Origin: a bacterium
GTDB taxonomy: Bacteria; Pseudomonadota; Gammaproteobacteria; Methylococcales; Methylomonadaceae
DNA length: 64,000 bases
Direction of reading: 5' to 3'
Assembly (NCBI GenBank): GCA_030591965.1
Contig: JAUVAA010000001.1
Location: 164-64,163 of the forward strand
Position numbers and translations under genes: made by a program. Position 1 is the first letter of the stretch; every line of letters begins with the position of its first letter. The notes beneath the pieces were generated by a model. The model did no database searches. It was not told the origin of the DNA and saw nothing but the letters and a program-made list of their open reading frames with translations. Below are positions 54,092 through 62,706 of this stretch, piece after piece.

Positions 54092-54107
54092 TGGCACGTT
54101 ACATGCT
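54092..54107 (+). promoter_or_regulatory. Sigma54 -24/-12 promoter for nirBD
   Basis: TGGCACGTTACATGCT, GG-N10-GC spacing. Confidence 0.8.
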
Positions 54108-54150
54108 ATAGCTAATTTAATAAGATTATAAGCAGCGCATGAGGCAAGAC

Positions 54151-56688
54151 ATGAGTAACAAACAAACATTAGTCGTTATTGGTAACGGCATGGTCGGGCA
54201 TAATTTCCTAGAAAGCCTAGTTGCCAGTGATATAGGTAATAATTACGAGATTGTTACTTTTTGTGAAGAGCAACGTCCAGCTTATGACCGAGTACATCTA
54301 ACAGAATTTTTTTCAGGCAAAACAGCCGAAGACCTATCAATGGTCACGGAAGGTTTTTTTGAAGAAAACAATATTAAAATTCACCTGAATGACAAGGCTG
54401 TTTCTATTGATACAGCCAATAAGCTTGTGACGTCTGAAAAGGGAATAGCTATTAGTTACGACAAACTGGTGTTAGCGACAGGCTCTTATGCTTTTATTCC
54501 CCCGGTTCAAGGGCATGACCGTGAAAACTGTTTTGTTTATCGAACAATTGAAGATCTGGAAGCACTGACAGCGGCGGCTAAAAATGCCAAAGTAGGTGCA
54601 GTAGTCGGCGGTGGCTTATTAGGACTGGAAGCGGCGAAAGCACTCAAAGACTTAAACCTTAAAACCAACGTTATTCAGTTTTCACCACGTTTAATGTCGG
54701 CACAACTTGATGCCGGTGGCGCACAAATGCTGGCCACTAAAATTGAAGCTTTGGATATTTCAGTACTGCCCAGTAAAAACACGCAAAAAATTGTTGACGG
54801 TACAGAATGCAAACACAAAATGTTGTTTGCTGACGGAACAGATTTAGAAACAGATATTATTTTATTTTCTGCCGGTATTCGCCCTCGTGATGAAATCGCA
54901 CGTAGTAGTGGCATTGAAGTGGGTTCACGTGGCGGTATTGTCATTGACAACCAATGTAAAACCTCTGCCCCCGATATTTATGCAATTGGCGAATGCGCTG
55001 TCTGGAATGGAGAGACTTTTGGCTTAGTTGCTCCAGGCTATAACATGGGACGGACTGTTGTCTCTGATTTAGCGGGACGGGAAGCTAGCTTTAAAGGTGC
55101 TGATATGAGTACCAAGTTAAAGCTGAATGGTGTTGATGTTGCCAGTATTGGTGATGCTCATGCGAATACAGAAAATGCCATTGTTTATCAGTATCAAAAT
55201 GGTGCAGATGAAATTTATAAGAGCTTAGTGGTTAGTGCAGATAAGAAAAAACTACTGGGTGCAGTGCTGGTGGGCGATGCATCTGGTTATGGCACTTTAT
55301 CGCAATACTATCTTAATAGTATTGATTTACCTGAAAACCCAGACAGCTTAATTTTACCGGCACGCTCAGATGAATCTGTTGGCTTAGGGCCTGATGCTTT
55401 ACCTGAGTCTGCTCAAATTTGTTCATGTTTTGATGTCACTAAAGGTCAAATTTGTTCTGCGGTAGAAAGTGGCTGTCATACGATGGGCGCATTAAAAGAC
55501 AGTACTAAAGCGGCCACAGGTTGCGGGGGTTGTTCAGCTTTATTAAAGTCGGTTTTAGATTGTGAGTTAGAGAAATCGGGCTTTGAAGTAAATACCGACT
55601 TATGTGAGCATTTCGCTTATACCCGTCAGGATTTATATAACCTGATTATGGTCAATGAAATTAAAACCTTTGATGAGTTACTAGAACAGCAAGGTAAAGG
55701 CCGAGGTTGTGAGGTCTGCCGTCAAGCGGTTGGGTCAATTTTAGCTTCGTATTGGAATGATTATATTTTAAGTACTGATCATTTAAGTCAACAAGATACC
55801 AATGATACCTTTTTAGCCAATATGCAAAAAGATGGTACTTATTCAGTTGTACCGCGTATGACTGGTGGTGAAGTAACCCCCGATGGTTTAATTGCTATCG
55901 GCCAAATTGCCAAAAAATATAAACTGTATACCAAAGTGACTGGTGGTCAGCGAGTGGATTTATTTGGTGCGCGAGTCGATCAACTGCCTCCTATCTGGAA
56001 AGAACTGATTGATGCTGGTTTTGAATCAGGTCACGCTTATGGTAAATCCTTAAGGACCGTTAAATCCTGTGTCGGTAGTACTTGGTGTCGTTTTGGTGTT
56101 GATGATAGTGTGGGTTTAGCCGTCGAATTGGAAAATCGCTATAAGGGCTTACGCTCACCGCATAAAATTAAATTCGCCGTGTCTGGTTGTACGCGTGAGT
56201 GTGCCGAAGCACAAAGCAAAGATATAGGTATTATTGCTACCGAAGGTGGTTGGAATCTTTATGTCTGTGGTAATGGGGGGATGAAGCCGCGCCATGGTGA
56301 TTTATTTGCCACTGATTTAGATAAAGAAACATTGATTAAATATATTGATCGTGTATTAACCTTTTATTCACGTACTGCTGATCGTTTACAGAGAACTTCG
56401 GTCTGGATGGAAAATATGGAAGGTGGTTTGGATTATCTAAAATCAGTTGTGATTGATGACAAGTTAGGTGTTTGCGCCGACTTAGAGGCACAAATGCAAC
56501 ATGTCGTAGATACCTATCAATGTGAGTGGAAAACCACTATTGCTGATGAAGGAAAATTGAAACGTTTCCGTCACTTTATTAACAGCGATAAAACGGATGA
56601 GAATATTCTTTTTGTCGAAGAGCGCGGCCAAATCCGACCAGCAAATGAAGAAGAGCGTCAGCACATGGCAGTAACGGAGGAAGCATAA
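54151..56688 (+). CDS. nirB: NAD(P)H-dependent nitrite reductase large subunit
   Basis: GNGMVG, GGGLLGLEAA, CSC...CGGC, KSCVGSTWC and SGCTRECAEA motifs. Start MSNKQ follows GAGG. Confidence 0.97.
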   Translation: MSNKQTLVVIGNGMVGHNFLESLVASDIGNNYEIVTFCEEQRPAYDRVHLTEFFSGKTAEDLSMVTEGFFEENNIKIHLNDKAVSIDTANKLVTSEKGIAISYDKLVLATGSYAFIPPVQGHDRENCFVYRTIEDLEALTAAAKNAKVGAVVGGGLLGLEAAKALKDLNLKTNVIQFSPRLMSAQLDAGGAQMLATKIEALDISVLPSKNTQKIVDGTECKHKMLFADGTDLETDIILFSAGIRPRDEIARSSGIEVGSRGGIVIDNQCKTSAPDIYAIGECAVWNGETFGLVAPGYNMGRTVVSDLAGREASFKGADMSTKLKLNGVDVASIGDAHANTENAIVYQYQNGADEIYKSLVVSADKKKLLGAVLVGDASGYGTLSQYYLNSIDLPENPDSLILPARSDESVGLGPDALPESAQICSCFDVTKGQICSAVESGCHTMGALKDSTKAATGCGGCSALLKSVLDCELEKSGFEVNTDLCEHFAYTRQDLYNLIMVNEIKTFDELLEQQGKGRGCEVCRQAVGSILASYWNDYILSTDHLSQQDTNDTFLANMQKDGTYSVVPRMTGGEVTPDGLIAIGQIAKKYKLYTKVTGGQRVDLFGARVDQLPPIWKELIDAGFESGHAYGKSLRTVKSCVGSTWCRFGVDDSVGLAVELENRYKGLRSPHKIKFAVSGCTRECAEAQSKDIGIIATEGGWNLYVCGNGGMKPRHGDLFATDLDKETLIKYIDRVLTFYSRTADRLQRTSVWMENMEGGLDYLKSVVIDDKLGVCADLEAQMQHVVDTYQCEWKTTIADEGKLKRFRHFINSDKTDENILFVEERGQIRPANEEERQHMAVTEEA

Positions 56689-57020
56689 TGAGTAACTGGA
56701 TTGATATTTGCCCACTAGATGATTTACAACCTGATTCAGGGGTGTGCGCTTTAGTTGAAGATAAGCAAGTGGCTATTTTTTATATGCCGAAAGACAATGC
56801 CGTATTTGCAGTGAATAATTACGACCCATTTGGCAAAGTTCACGTGTTATCACGCGGCTTATTAGGTGACATTAAAGGCGAACCGATGATCGCTTCACCT
56901 CTCTATAAACAGCATTTCAGCTTACTGACTGGACAGTGTTTTGAAGATGAAAGCGTCTGTATACCGGTCTATGCAGTCCGTATTGAAGATAAGCGCGTAT
57001 CAGTCAGCCTAGGGGAATAA
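56688..57020 (+). CDS. nirD: Nitrite reductase small subunit
   Basis: Rieske-like NYDPF, LSRGLLGD, ASPLYKQHFSL motifs; TAATG coupling to nirB. Confidence 0.96.
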   Translation: MSNWIDICPLDDLQPDSGVCALVEDKQVAIFYMPKDNAVFAVNNYDPFGKVHVLSRGLLGDIKGEPMIASPLYKQHFSLLTGQCFEDESVCIPVYAVRIEDKRVSVSLGE

Positions 57021-57024
57021 CAGA

Positions 57025-57948
57025 ATGAATTACACTTATTATATTGCCGATGTTTTTACTAACCAGATTTTTAGCGGTGCGCAAATTGCGGTTTTTCCTA
57101 GTGCTGAAGGATTAAGCCTCGTACAAATGGGATTGGTCGCTCGTGAATTAAATTTATCAGAAACCGTTTTTTTGGCGCAAAAAGAAGGTGTAGAGAGTCA
57201 CTACATCATGAAAATATTCACTCCACGAGGTGAAATAGATTTTGCGGGGCAAACAATTATTGCGGCTGGATATGTTTTAGCAGCCTGCGGCAACAAGCTT
57301 CCTGCCGATGAGGCGCACACAACGGTTATTTTTGAACAAAATACCGGAAAAATACAAGCTAGCATTAGTCACTCTGAGGGTAAGGCTAGCTTTATTCAGT
57401 TTGCACGAACCGTTTCACCTGTTGTGGATTACTACGTCCCTACTGACAATGAACTTGCAGGATTCTTGGGCATAAATCAAGCTCATATTGATACCAAAAA
57501 ATATGCTACACGTCTTGTTTCCTGTGATGTCCCTTATTTAGTTGTCCCTGTTTATTATTATGAGGCTGTACGCGATGCTGCCTTTAATTTTTCTGCATGG
57601 AGTCAATCCAGCGCACCACAAACAGCCGCTCAAGAAATTTTAATTGTTTCACCAAAAACACCCTACCAAGACTCAGATTTTGCTGCGCGTTTAGTTGGAC
57701 CCAATATTGGTGCTCATGAGGATCCGCCAGTAGGTTCAGCAATACCGGCCTTAGCCGCTTATTTATGTTCTTTCGATCATATGCAAAAGGGGACTTATAC
57801 GTTTGCAGTACAACGAGGTGATGACAAAATGCGCCGTAGTATTTTAAACCTAGAAATGGATCACAAAGGGGAAGATACCTTGAATTTACGTGTTGGTGGC
57901 GAAGCAGTAATGGCTGCCGAGGGAACTATGTTTATTCCTAAAATCTAA
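57025..57948 (+). CDS. PhzF-family isomerase/epimerase-like protein
   Basis: DVFT, ARELNLSETVF, IFTP and EDP..GSA motifs. Confidence 0.88.
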   Translation: MNYTYYIADVFTNQIFSGAQIAVFPSAEGLSLVQMGLVARELNLSETVFLAQKEGVESHYIMKIFTPRGEIDFAGQTIIAAGYVLAACGNKLPADEAHTTVIFEQNTGKIQASISHSEGKASFIQFARTVSPVVDYYVPTDNELAGFLGINQAHIDTKKYATRLVSCDVPYLVVPVYYYEAVRDAAFNFSAWSQSSAPQTAAQEILIVSPKTPYQDSDFAARLVGPNIGAHEDPPVGSAIPALAAYLCSFDHMQKGTYTFAVQRGDDKMRRSILNLEMDHKGEDTLNLRVGGEAVMAAEGTMFIPKI

Positions 57949-57998
57949 TTTTTATTTAGGTTAACTTAGGAATGGGGATTTTATAACTTGTTGATTCT

Positions 57999-58105
57999 GA
58001 TTTGTCTTTTTGTTCGTCTTCCGCATTGCAGCTACATAGCCCGCTATACGCCTGTTCCTGCGCCCCGCATCAAGTACGGGGCGGGCTTTGAAGACAAACA
58101 AAAAT
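57999..58105. repeat. Composite palindromic intergenic repeat
   Basis: Hairpin GCCCCGCATCAAGTACGGGGC inside inverted arms TTTTTGTTCGTCTTC / GAAGACAAACAAAAA. Confidence 0.55.
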
Positions 58106-58168
58106 CCTACGCCATAATGCACACAAATTTCATTCCTATTCCTTAATATAAAAAATCGTTGAAATATT

Positions 58169-60370
58169 ATGCTATTTGGTCGTAACAAAAAAAATCCCAT
58201 TACTATTGCTGATAAAAAAGTTGAAAAATGGACTTACTCAACTTGTGGCTACTGTTCTACAGGGTGCTCTATTGAGATTGGTACCAATAAAGAAGGCATT
58301 CCGGTTTCTTCTCGCGGTGTTGGTGGCGCAGATGTTAATCAGGGTAAGCTGTGTTTAAAAGGTATTTTTGAACATGAGTTATTTGAATCTGCTGGACGAG
58401 GTAAAACACCACTTATCCGAAGTGATTTTCATGAGCCTTGGCAGAATTCTGATTGGGATGGTGCAACCGCTAAATTGGCCTCTGAAATTAAACGTATCCA
58501 GTCCACTTATGGGCGGGATGCTTTTGCGATTGTTTCAACAGGACAGATTCTTACCGAAGGTTTCTATACTTTAGGTAAATTAGCCCGTGGTGTTATTGGT
58601 ACTAATAATTATGATGGTAATACGACCTTATGTATGGCTTCAGCGGTATCGGGCTATAAGCGTTCGTTTGGTTCCGATGGCCCACCTGGATGTTATGAAG
58701 ATTTTGAACATACGGAATGTTTAATTGCCTGGGGTTCCAACCTGCCTGAGCAACACCCCATTATTTATTGGCGTATGAAGGAAGCGCAAGAAAAACGGCC
58801 GTTCCCTTTAATTGTTGTTGATCCGCGTGTGACTATGCTAGCGCAAAATGCGGATATGCATTTAGCGATCACTCCAGGTACCGACGTGGTTTTACAAAAT
58901 GCGTTAATGCATGTCATTCTTGCTGAAAGTTTAGAAGATCGAGAATATATAGAAGCCAATACCAATGGTTTCGAACAATTAGAAAAAGAAGTCCAAAAAT
59001 ACGATCCTGCCAGCGCATCAAAGATTTGTGGTATTGATGAGGATACTATTCGTCATGTGGCACGGCTTTATGCCAAAGCTGGTGCTGCGATGAATATCTG
59101 GACCATGGGTATCAATCAAAGTACCCACGGCTCTGATGGAGTGGTCGGTTTAAATAACTTAAGCTTGCTCACCGGTAATATTGGTAAAAAAGGCGGCACT
59201 AGCTTATCTATTACCGGTCAGTGTAATGCTATGGGAACACGAGAATGGTCTTCTTGTTCGGGTTTACCTGCTTATCGTGCGCTTGAAAATAAAGATGACC
59301 GTGAAGAAATCGGTAAATTTTGGAATGTTGATCCCGAGTTTTTCCCTAAACAACGCGGTCTGGCGCAAACGGATATTTTTCCTGCCATTGAAACAGGAGC
59401 AATTAAAGGCTTGTGGTTGGTAGGTACGAACCCGATGACTTCTATGCCTAATACGGCGCGTATTCGTAAAACGCTGGAAAAATTGGAATGCTTGGTCATT
59501 CAGGATTCGTATTTAGATGTAGAAACCACAGAGTATGCACATATTTTCTTACCTGCTGCTATCTGGGCGGAAAAAGAAGGTTGTTTTACCAATACAGAAA
59601 GGCGAGTCAATATTGTTCGTAAGGTTAAAGAACCTTACGAAAACACCAAAACTGATCTGCATATTTTTAATGAAATTGCCAAGCAATTTGAGCAATCAGA
59701 AAAAATGAACTTCCCTTATAAGCCGGCTGAAGTCTTCGACGAAATGCGTTATTTATCTAAAGGCCGCTTAGTCGATATATCAGGTATGACACATGATTTA
59801 ATTGAAAAAAATCGTGGTATTCAATGGCCTTACACCGAAGAACAAGCAAAAAATGGTGAAGAGCCACCCAAAGGTGGTAAACGTTTATATACAGAGTCAG
59901 GTACCTTCCGCTATGCAGATGGTATGGCTAAATTAATCCCTCTACCATTCATTGATAATAACGAAGTCCCAGACGAACAATATCCTTTCTGGTTAAATTC
60001 TGGTCGTTTAGTAGAGCATTTTCATACGCGCACGAGAACAGGAAAAATAGGGAATAACAATAAGTACAGCCCTACCCCGTTTATGGAAATGAATCCTGAT
60101 GCAGCGGCTGAGATGGGCATTTTACATCAAACCTATGTGCGTGTTGTTTCGCGGCGCAGTGATGCGGTGGTTATGGTGATGTTAACGCACCGAGTACCCA
60201 GTAATATGGTGTTTATCCCGTTCCACTTTTTTGATTGTGTTAATCGTTTAACACTAGGACTATTAGATCCGCATTCGCGGCAACCCGCTTTTAAACAGTC
60301 TGCTGTACGTATTGAACACATCAATCAGGAAGAAGCAGCCAAGATTAACAAAGAATCACGCAGCTTTTAG
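58169..60370 (+). CDS. nasA: Assimilatory nitrate reductase catalytic subunit (NasA/NarB-like Mo-bisPGD enzyme)
   Basis: CGYCSTGC...LCLKG [4Fe-4S], LCMASA, TMGINQ, SITGQCNAMGTRE and QPAFK motifs; no twin-arginine signal. Confidence 0.88.
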   Translation: MLFGRNKKNPITIADKKVEKWTYSTCGYCSTGCSIEIGTNKEGIPVSSRGVGGADVNQGKLCLKGIFEHELFESAGRGKTPLIRSDFHEPWQNSDWDGATAKLASEIKRIQSTYGRDAFAIVSTGQILTEGFYTLGKLARGVIGTNNYDGNTTLCMASAVSGYKRSFGSDGPPGCYEDFEHTECLIAWGSNLPEQHPIIYWRMKEAQEKRPFPLIVVDPRVTMLAQNADMHLAITPGTDVVLQNALMHVILAESLEDREYIEANTNGFEQLEKEVQKYDPASASKICGIDEDTIRHVARLYAKAGAAMNIWTMGINQSTHGSDGVVGLNNLSLLTGNIGKKGGTSLSITGQCNAMGTREWSSCSGLPAYRALENKDDREEIGKFWNVDPEFFPKQRGLAQTDIFPAIETGAIKGLWLVGTNPMTSMPNTARIRKTLEKLECLVIQDSYLDVETTEYAHIFLPAAIWAEKEGCFTNTERRVNIVRKVKEPYENTKTDLHIFNEIAKQFEQSEKMNFPYKPAEVFDEMRYLSKGRLVDISGMTHDLIEKNRGIQWPYTEEQAKNGEEPPKGGKRLYTESGTFRYADGMAKLIPLPFIDNNEVPDEQYPFWLNSGRLVEHFHTRTRTGKIGNNNKYSPTPFMEMNPDAAAEMGILHQTYVRVVSRRSDAVVMVMLTHRVPSNMVFIPFHFFDCVNRLTLGLLDPHSRQPAFKQSAVRIEHINQEEAAKINKESRSF

Positions 60371-60398
60371 TTTTATCTGTGGCTCCCTTTCCGATTCC

Positions 60399-60551
60399 GA
60401 GGCTGTAAAAGTATTATGCGTAGGTTGGGGGTGAAGTATGAACCCCAACAACTGAGACTAGGTAAGCCACTAATTGTTGGGGTTCGCAAGCTCATCCCAA
60501 CCTACATAATCTGTCTTTTTAGGTATATTATTAATATACTTTTACAGCCTC
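60399..60551. mobile_element. MITE-like element: perfect 16-bp TIRs enclosing an inverted GTAG-REP pair
   Basis: GAGGCTGTAAAAGTAT ... ATACTTTTACAGCCTC, flanked by TCC/TCC. Inside: GTAGGTTGGGG...CCCCAAC and GTTGGGG...CCCAACCTAC. Confidence 0.8.
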
Positions 60552-60633
60552 TCCGCGTGGAACCTCATAACACCAAGCATCTAAATATACACATCCATGC
60601 AGAGCGTGGGAACAAGAATAACCAAGAAATATT

Positions 60634-62541
60634 ATGATAAAAGTAAGAAGTGACGAACCAGAATATGCCTACCTTTGGGACAAAGAAACCAAAGAGAAAA
60701 ACCGTTATGGTAAAGATATTGAGCTCACCGAGGAGGGGGATGAGCGCAGGGATAAAAGTCTCAATATTAATGGTGATGATGGCATAGGCGACAACCCTAA
60801 CCGTAATAAACAACATGGGTTTTTTCTTAATGCGGATAACTGTATAGGCTGTCATGCCTGTGAAGCCGCTTGTAGTGAAAAAAATGATAATCCGGCGCAT
60901 ATCGCGTTTCGGTCGGTCGGTTATGTTGAAGGGGGATCTTATCCAGATTACCAACGTCTGAATATCTCTATGGCTTGTAATCATTGTGATGACCCAGTTT
61001 GTTTAACAGGCTGCCCAACACGCGCATACACTAAATTCACTGAATACGGTGCGGTACTACAAGACCCAGATATTTGTTTTGGTTGTGGTTACTGTACTTG
61101 GGTTTGCCCCTATAATGCCCCGCAACTAGACCCTGTTAAAGGTGAAGTAAGCAAATGTAATATGTGTGTGGATCGATTAGAAGTCGGTTTAAAACCCTCT
61201 TGTGTGAGTGCTTGTTTAGGAAATGCTTTAGATTTTGGTGTGATTGAAAATATTCCTGAAAAGCGTGATCAGGCAATTACAGAAATTCCTGGATTCCCGA
61301 CCACTGACATTACCAACCCGAATATTCGTTTTCAGCAAAAAAAGCAGAATCATCGTGAAATGACGCGTCCAGATTCAATGCCTATTAAGTATCATAAGGA
61401 TGATGCTGAAGGTAAATATAAGCCTGTTGTTGATGAAAAAATGGGGCGGGAAAAGCACTGGAATTTTCGTCAACTGTTAACCAGCCATGAAAGTGCCCAT
61501 GTTATTTTCACTTTATTTACTCAAGCGACTGTCGGCGCTTTTTTAATGCTGATATTAGGCCCTGTATTTGGCTTAGCAGGTTTCAGCTTGTTACAAGAAT
61601 ACTCATTACATATGAGCCTAGTTTCCACTATTTTTGTCTTAAGTACTATCGGCCTCTACAAATTGAATATGCATTTGGGTAAACCGCACCGTTTTTACCG
61701 TGGCTTTAATAACTTGAGATTATCACCTGTTAGTCGTGAAATAGCAGGGGTCTCTATGTTTTACACCGGGCTGCTTGGCTATGTCTTTTTTGCCTTTTTT
61801 GATAATGCCTTTATGGGATTTTTCGCTGATATCTTTGCTTATTTGGCGATTATCAGTGGCCCGATCGGCTTATTCTTTATGTATAAGCTTTACCGTATTC
61901 CAGCACGTCCTTTTTGGGATCACTTACAAACAGGCACTGCTTTTGTTGGATCTATGCTAAGTTTAGGGGCATTAATTATTGCTGCGGTGAGTCTAGTTTT
62001 ATTACCTTTATCAGCCTTAGTGGAATTGATTCCATCATTGGCAGTGCTGATCACTACGGGCCTTGCACTTGAGGCTATTGGTCATATCGTACATGCCCGT
62101 GATATGAAGGTGATTAATAATGAAGGCGCTGCTTCTTACTACCGTCAAACGACGCAATATGGTAAATCTTATTTACTACGCAATGCTTTATTGGCTTTTA
62201 GTTTAGTGCTTTCTGGCATCATTATCGTGATGGGTTTATCAGGTCTATTAGGCTTAGCAACTGCGTGCGTATTAGCGCTTAGCATGTTGATTATGTCTGC
62301 TTTTAGCCGTTCATTATTTTTCGTACTGGTGATTCCAACCACCATGCCGGGTGCTTTTTTCTGGAAAAATGATGGTTTTGTGGATCATGCACGTGAAACT
62401 GGTTTAGCCAAGTCTCCACAAGTTGGTGTGGTTTATGAACGGCATCATGCCTTTAAAGTCGATGAACTGATACAAACCATTAAAGAAAATTCGCTGAACG
62501 ATATGCTTGAACATGTTAAGTGGATTTTTGGTAAGAAATAA
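60634..62541 (+). CDS. 4x[4Fe-4S] (DmsB-like) / DmsC-type membrane anchor fusion
   Basis: CIGCHACEAAC, CNHCDDPVCLTGCP, CFGCGYCTWVCP and CNMC...C...C clusters, then about 8 TMs with HLGKPHR and SPVSREI. Confidence 0.9.
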   Translation: MIKVRSDEPEYAYLWDKETKEKNRYGKDIELTEEGDERRDKSLNINGDDGIGDNPNRNKQHGFFLNADNCIGCHACEAACSEKNDNPAHIAFRSVGYVEGGSYPDYQRLNISMACNHCDDPVCLTGCPTRAYTKFTEYGAVLQDPDICFGCGYCTWVCPYNAPQLDPVKGEVSKCNMCVDRLEVGLKPSCVSACLGNALDFGVIENIPEKRDQAITEIPGFPTTDITNPNIRFQQKKQNHREMTRPDSMPIKYHKDDAEGKYKPVVDEKMGREKHWNFRQLLTSHESAHVIFTLFTQATVGAFLMLILGPVFGLAGFSLLQEYSLHMSLVSTIFVLSTIGLYKLNMHLGKPHRFYRGFNNLRLSPVSREIAGVSMFYTGLLGYVFFAFFDNAFMGFFADIFAYLAIISGPIGLFFMYKLYRIPARPFWDHLQTGTAFVGSMLSLGALIIAAVSLVLLPLSALVELIPSLAVLITTGLALEAIGHIVHARDMKVINNEGAASYYRQTTQYGKSYLLRNALLAFSLVLSGIIIVMGLSGLLGLATACVLALSMLIMSAFSRSLFFVLVIPTTMPGAFFWKNDGFVDHARETGLAKSPQVGVVYERHHAFKVDELIQTIKENSLNDMLEHVKWIFGKK

Positions 62542-62570
62542 ATCACATAACTCTCTAGTCCCACGATCTA

Positions 62571-62668
62571 AGGCTGTAGAAGTATATGTGTAGGTTGGGG
62601 TTTTCAAGCTCACCCCAACCTACGAAACCGGTATTTTTAGGTCTATTATTGAATACTTTCATAGTCTC
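62571..62668. mobile_element. Internally deleted, degenerate copy of the 60399 element
   Basis: AGGCTGTAGAAGTAT...GTAGGTTGGGG...CCCCAACCTAC...TTTTTAGGTCTATTATT...ATACTTTCATAGTCTC. Confidence 0.7.
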
Positions 62669-62706
62669 GCAGAGCATGGGGCCAAGGTTTATCCTAGATA
62701 GAATTT

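Noticed and set aside
60416-60637. 73-aa ORF between nasA and the DmsBC fusion
   Set aside because: It is read through the MITE/REP repeat. The same applies to 57961-58200 and 14050-14238.
2988-62613. Numerous short ORFs in the track that overlap long genes (e.g. 6529-6903, 14789-15229, 22952-23500, 48114-48536, 60565-60984)
   Set aside because: Antisense or alternate-frame shadows of well-supported genes, with no recognisable motifs.
14049-62668. CRISPR array or integron attC interpretation of the palindromic repeats
   Set aside because: No regular repeat-spacer periodicity, no cas or intI gene, and no consistent RYYYAAC...GTTRRRY boundaries.
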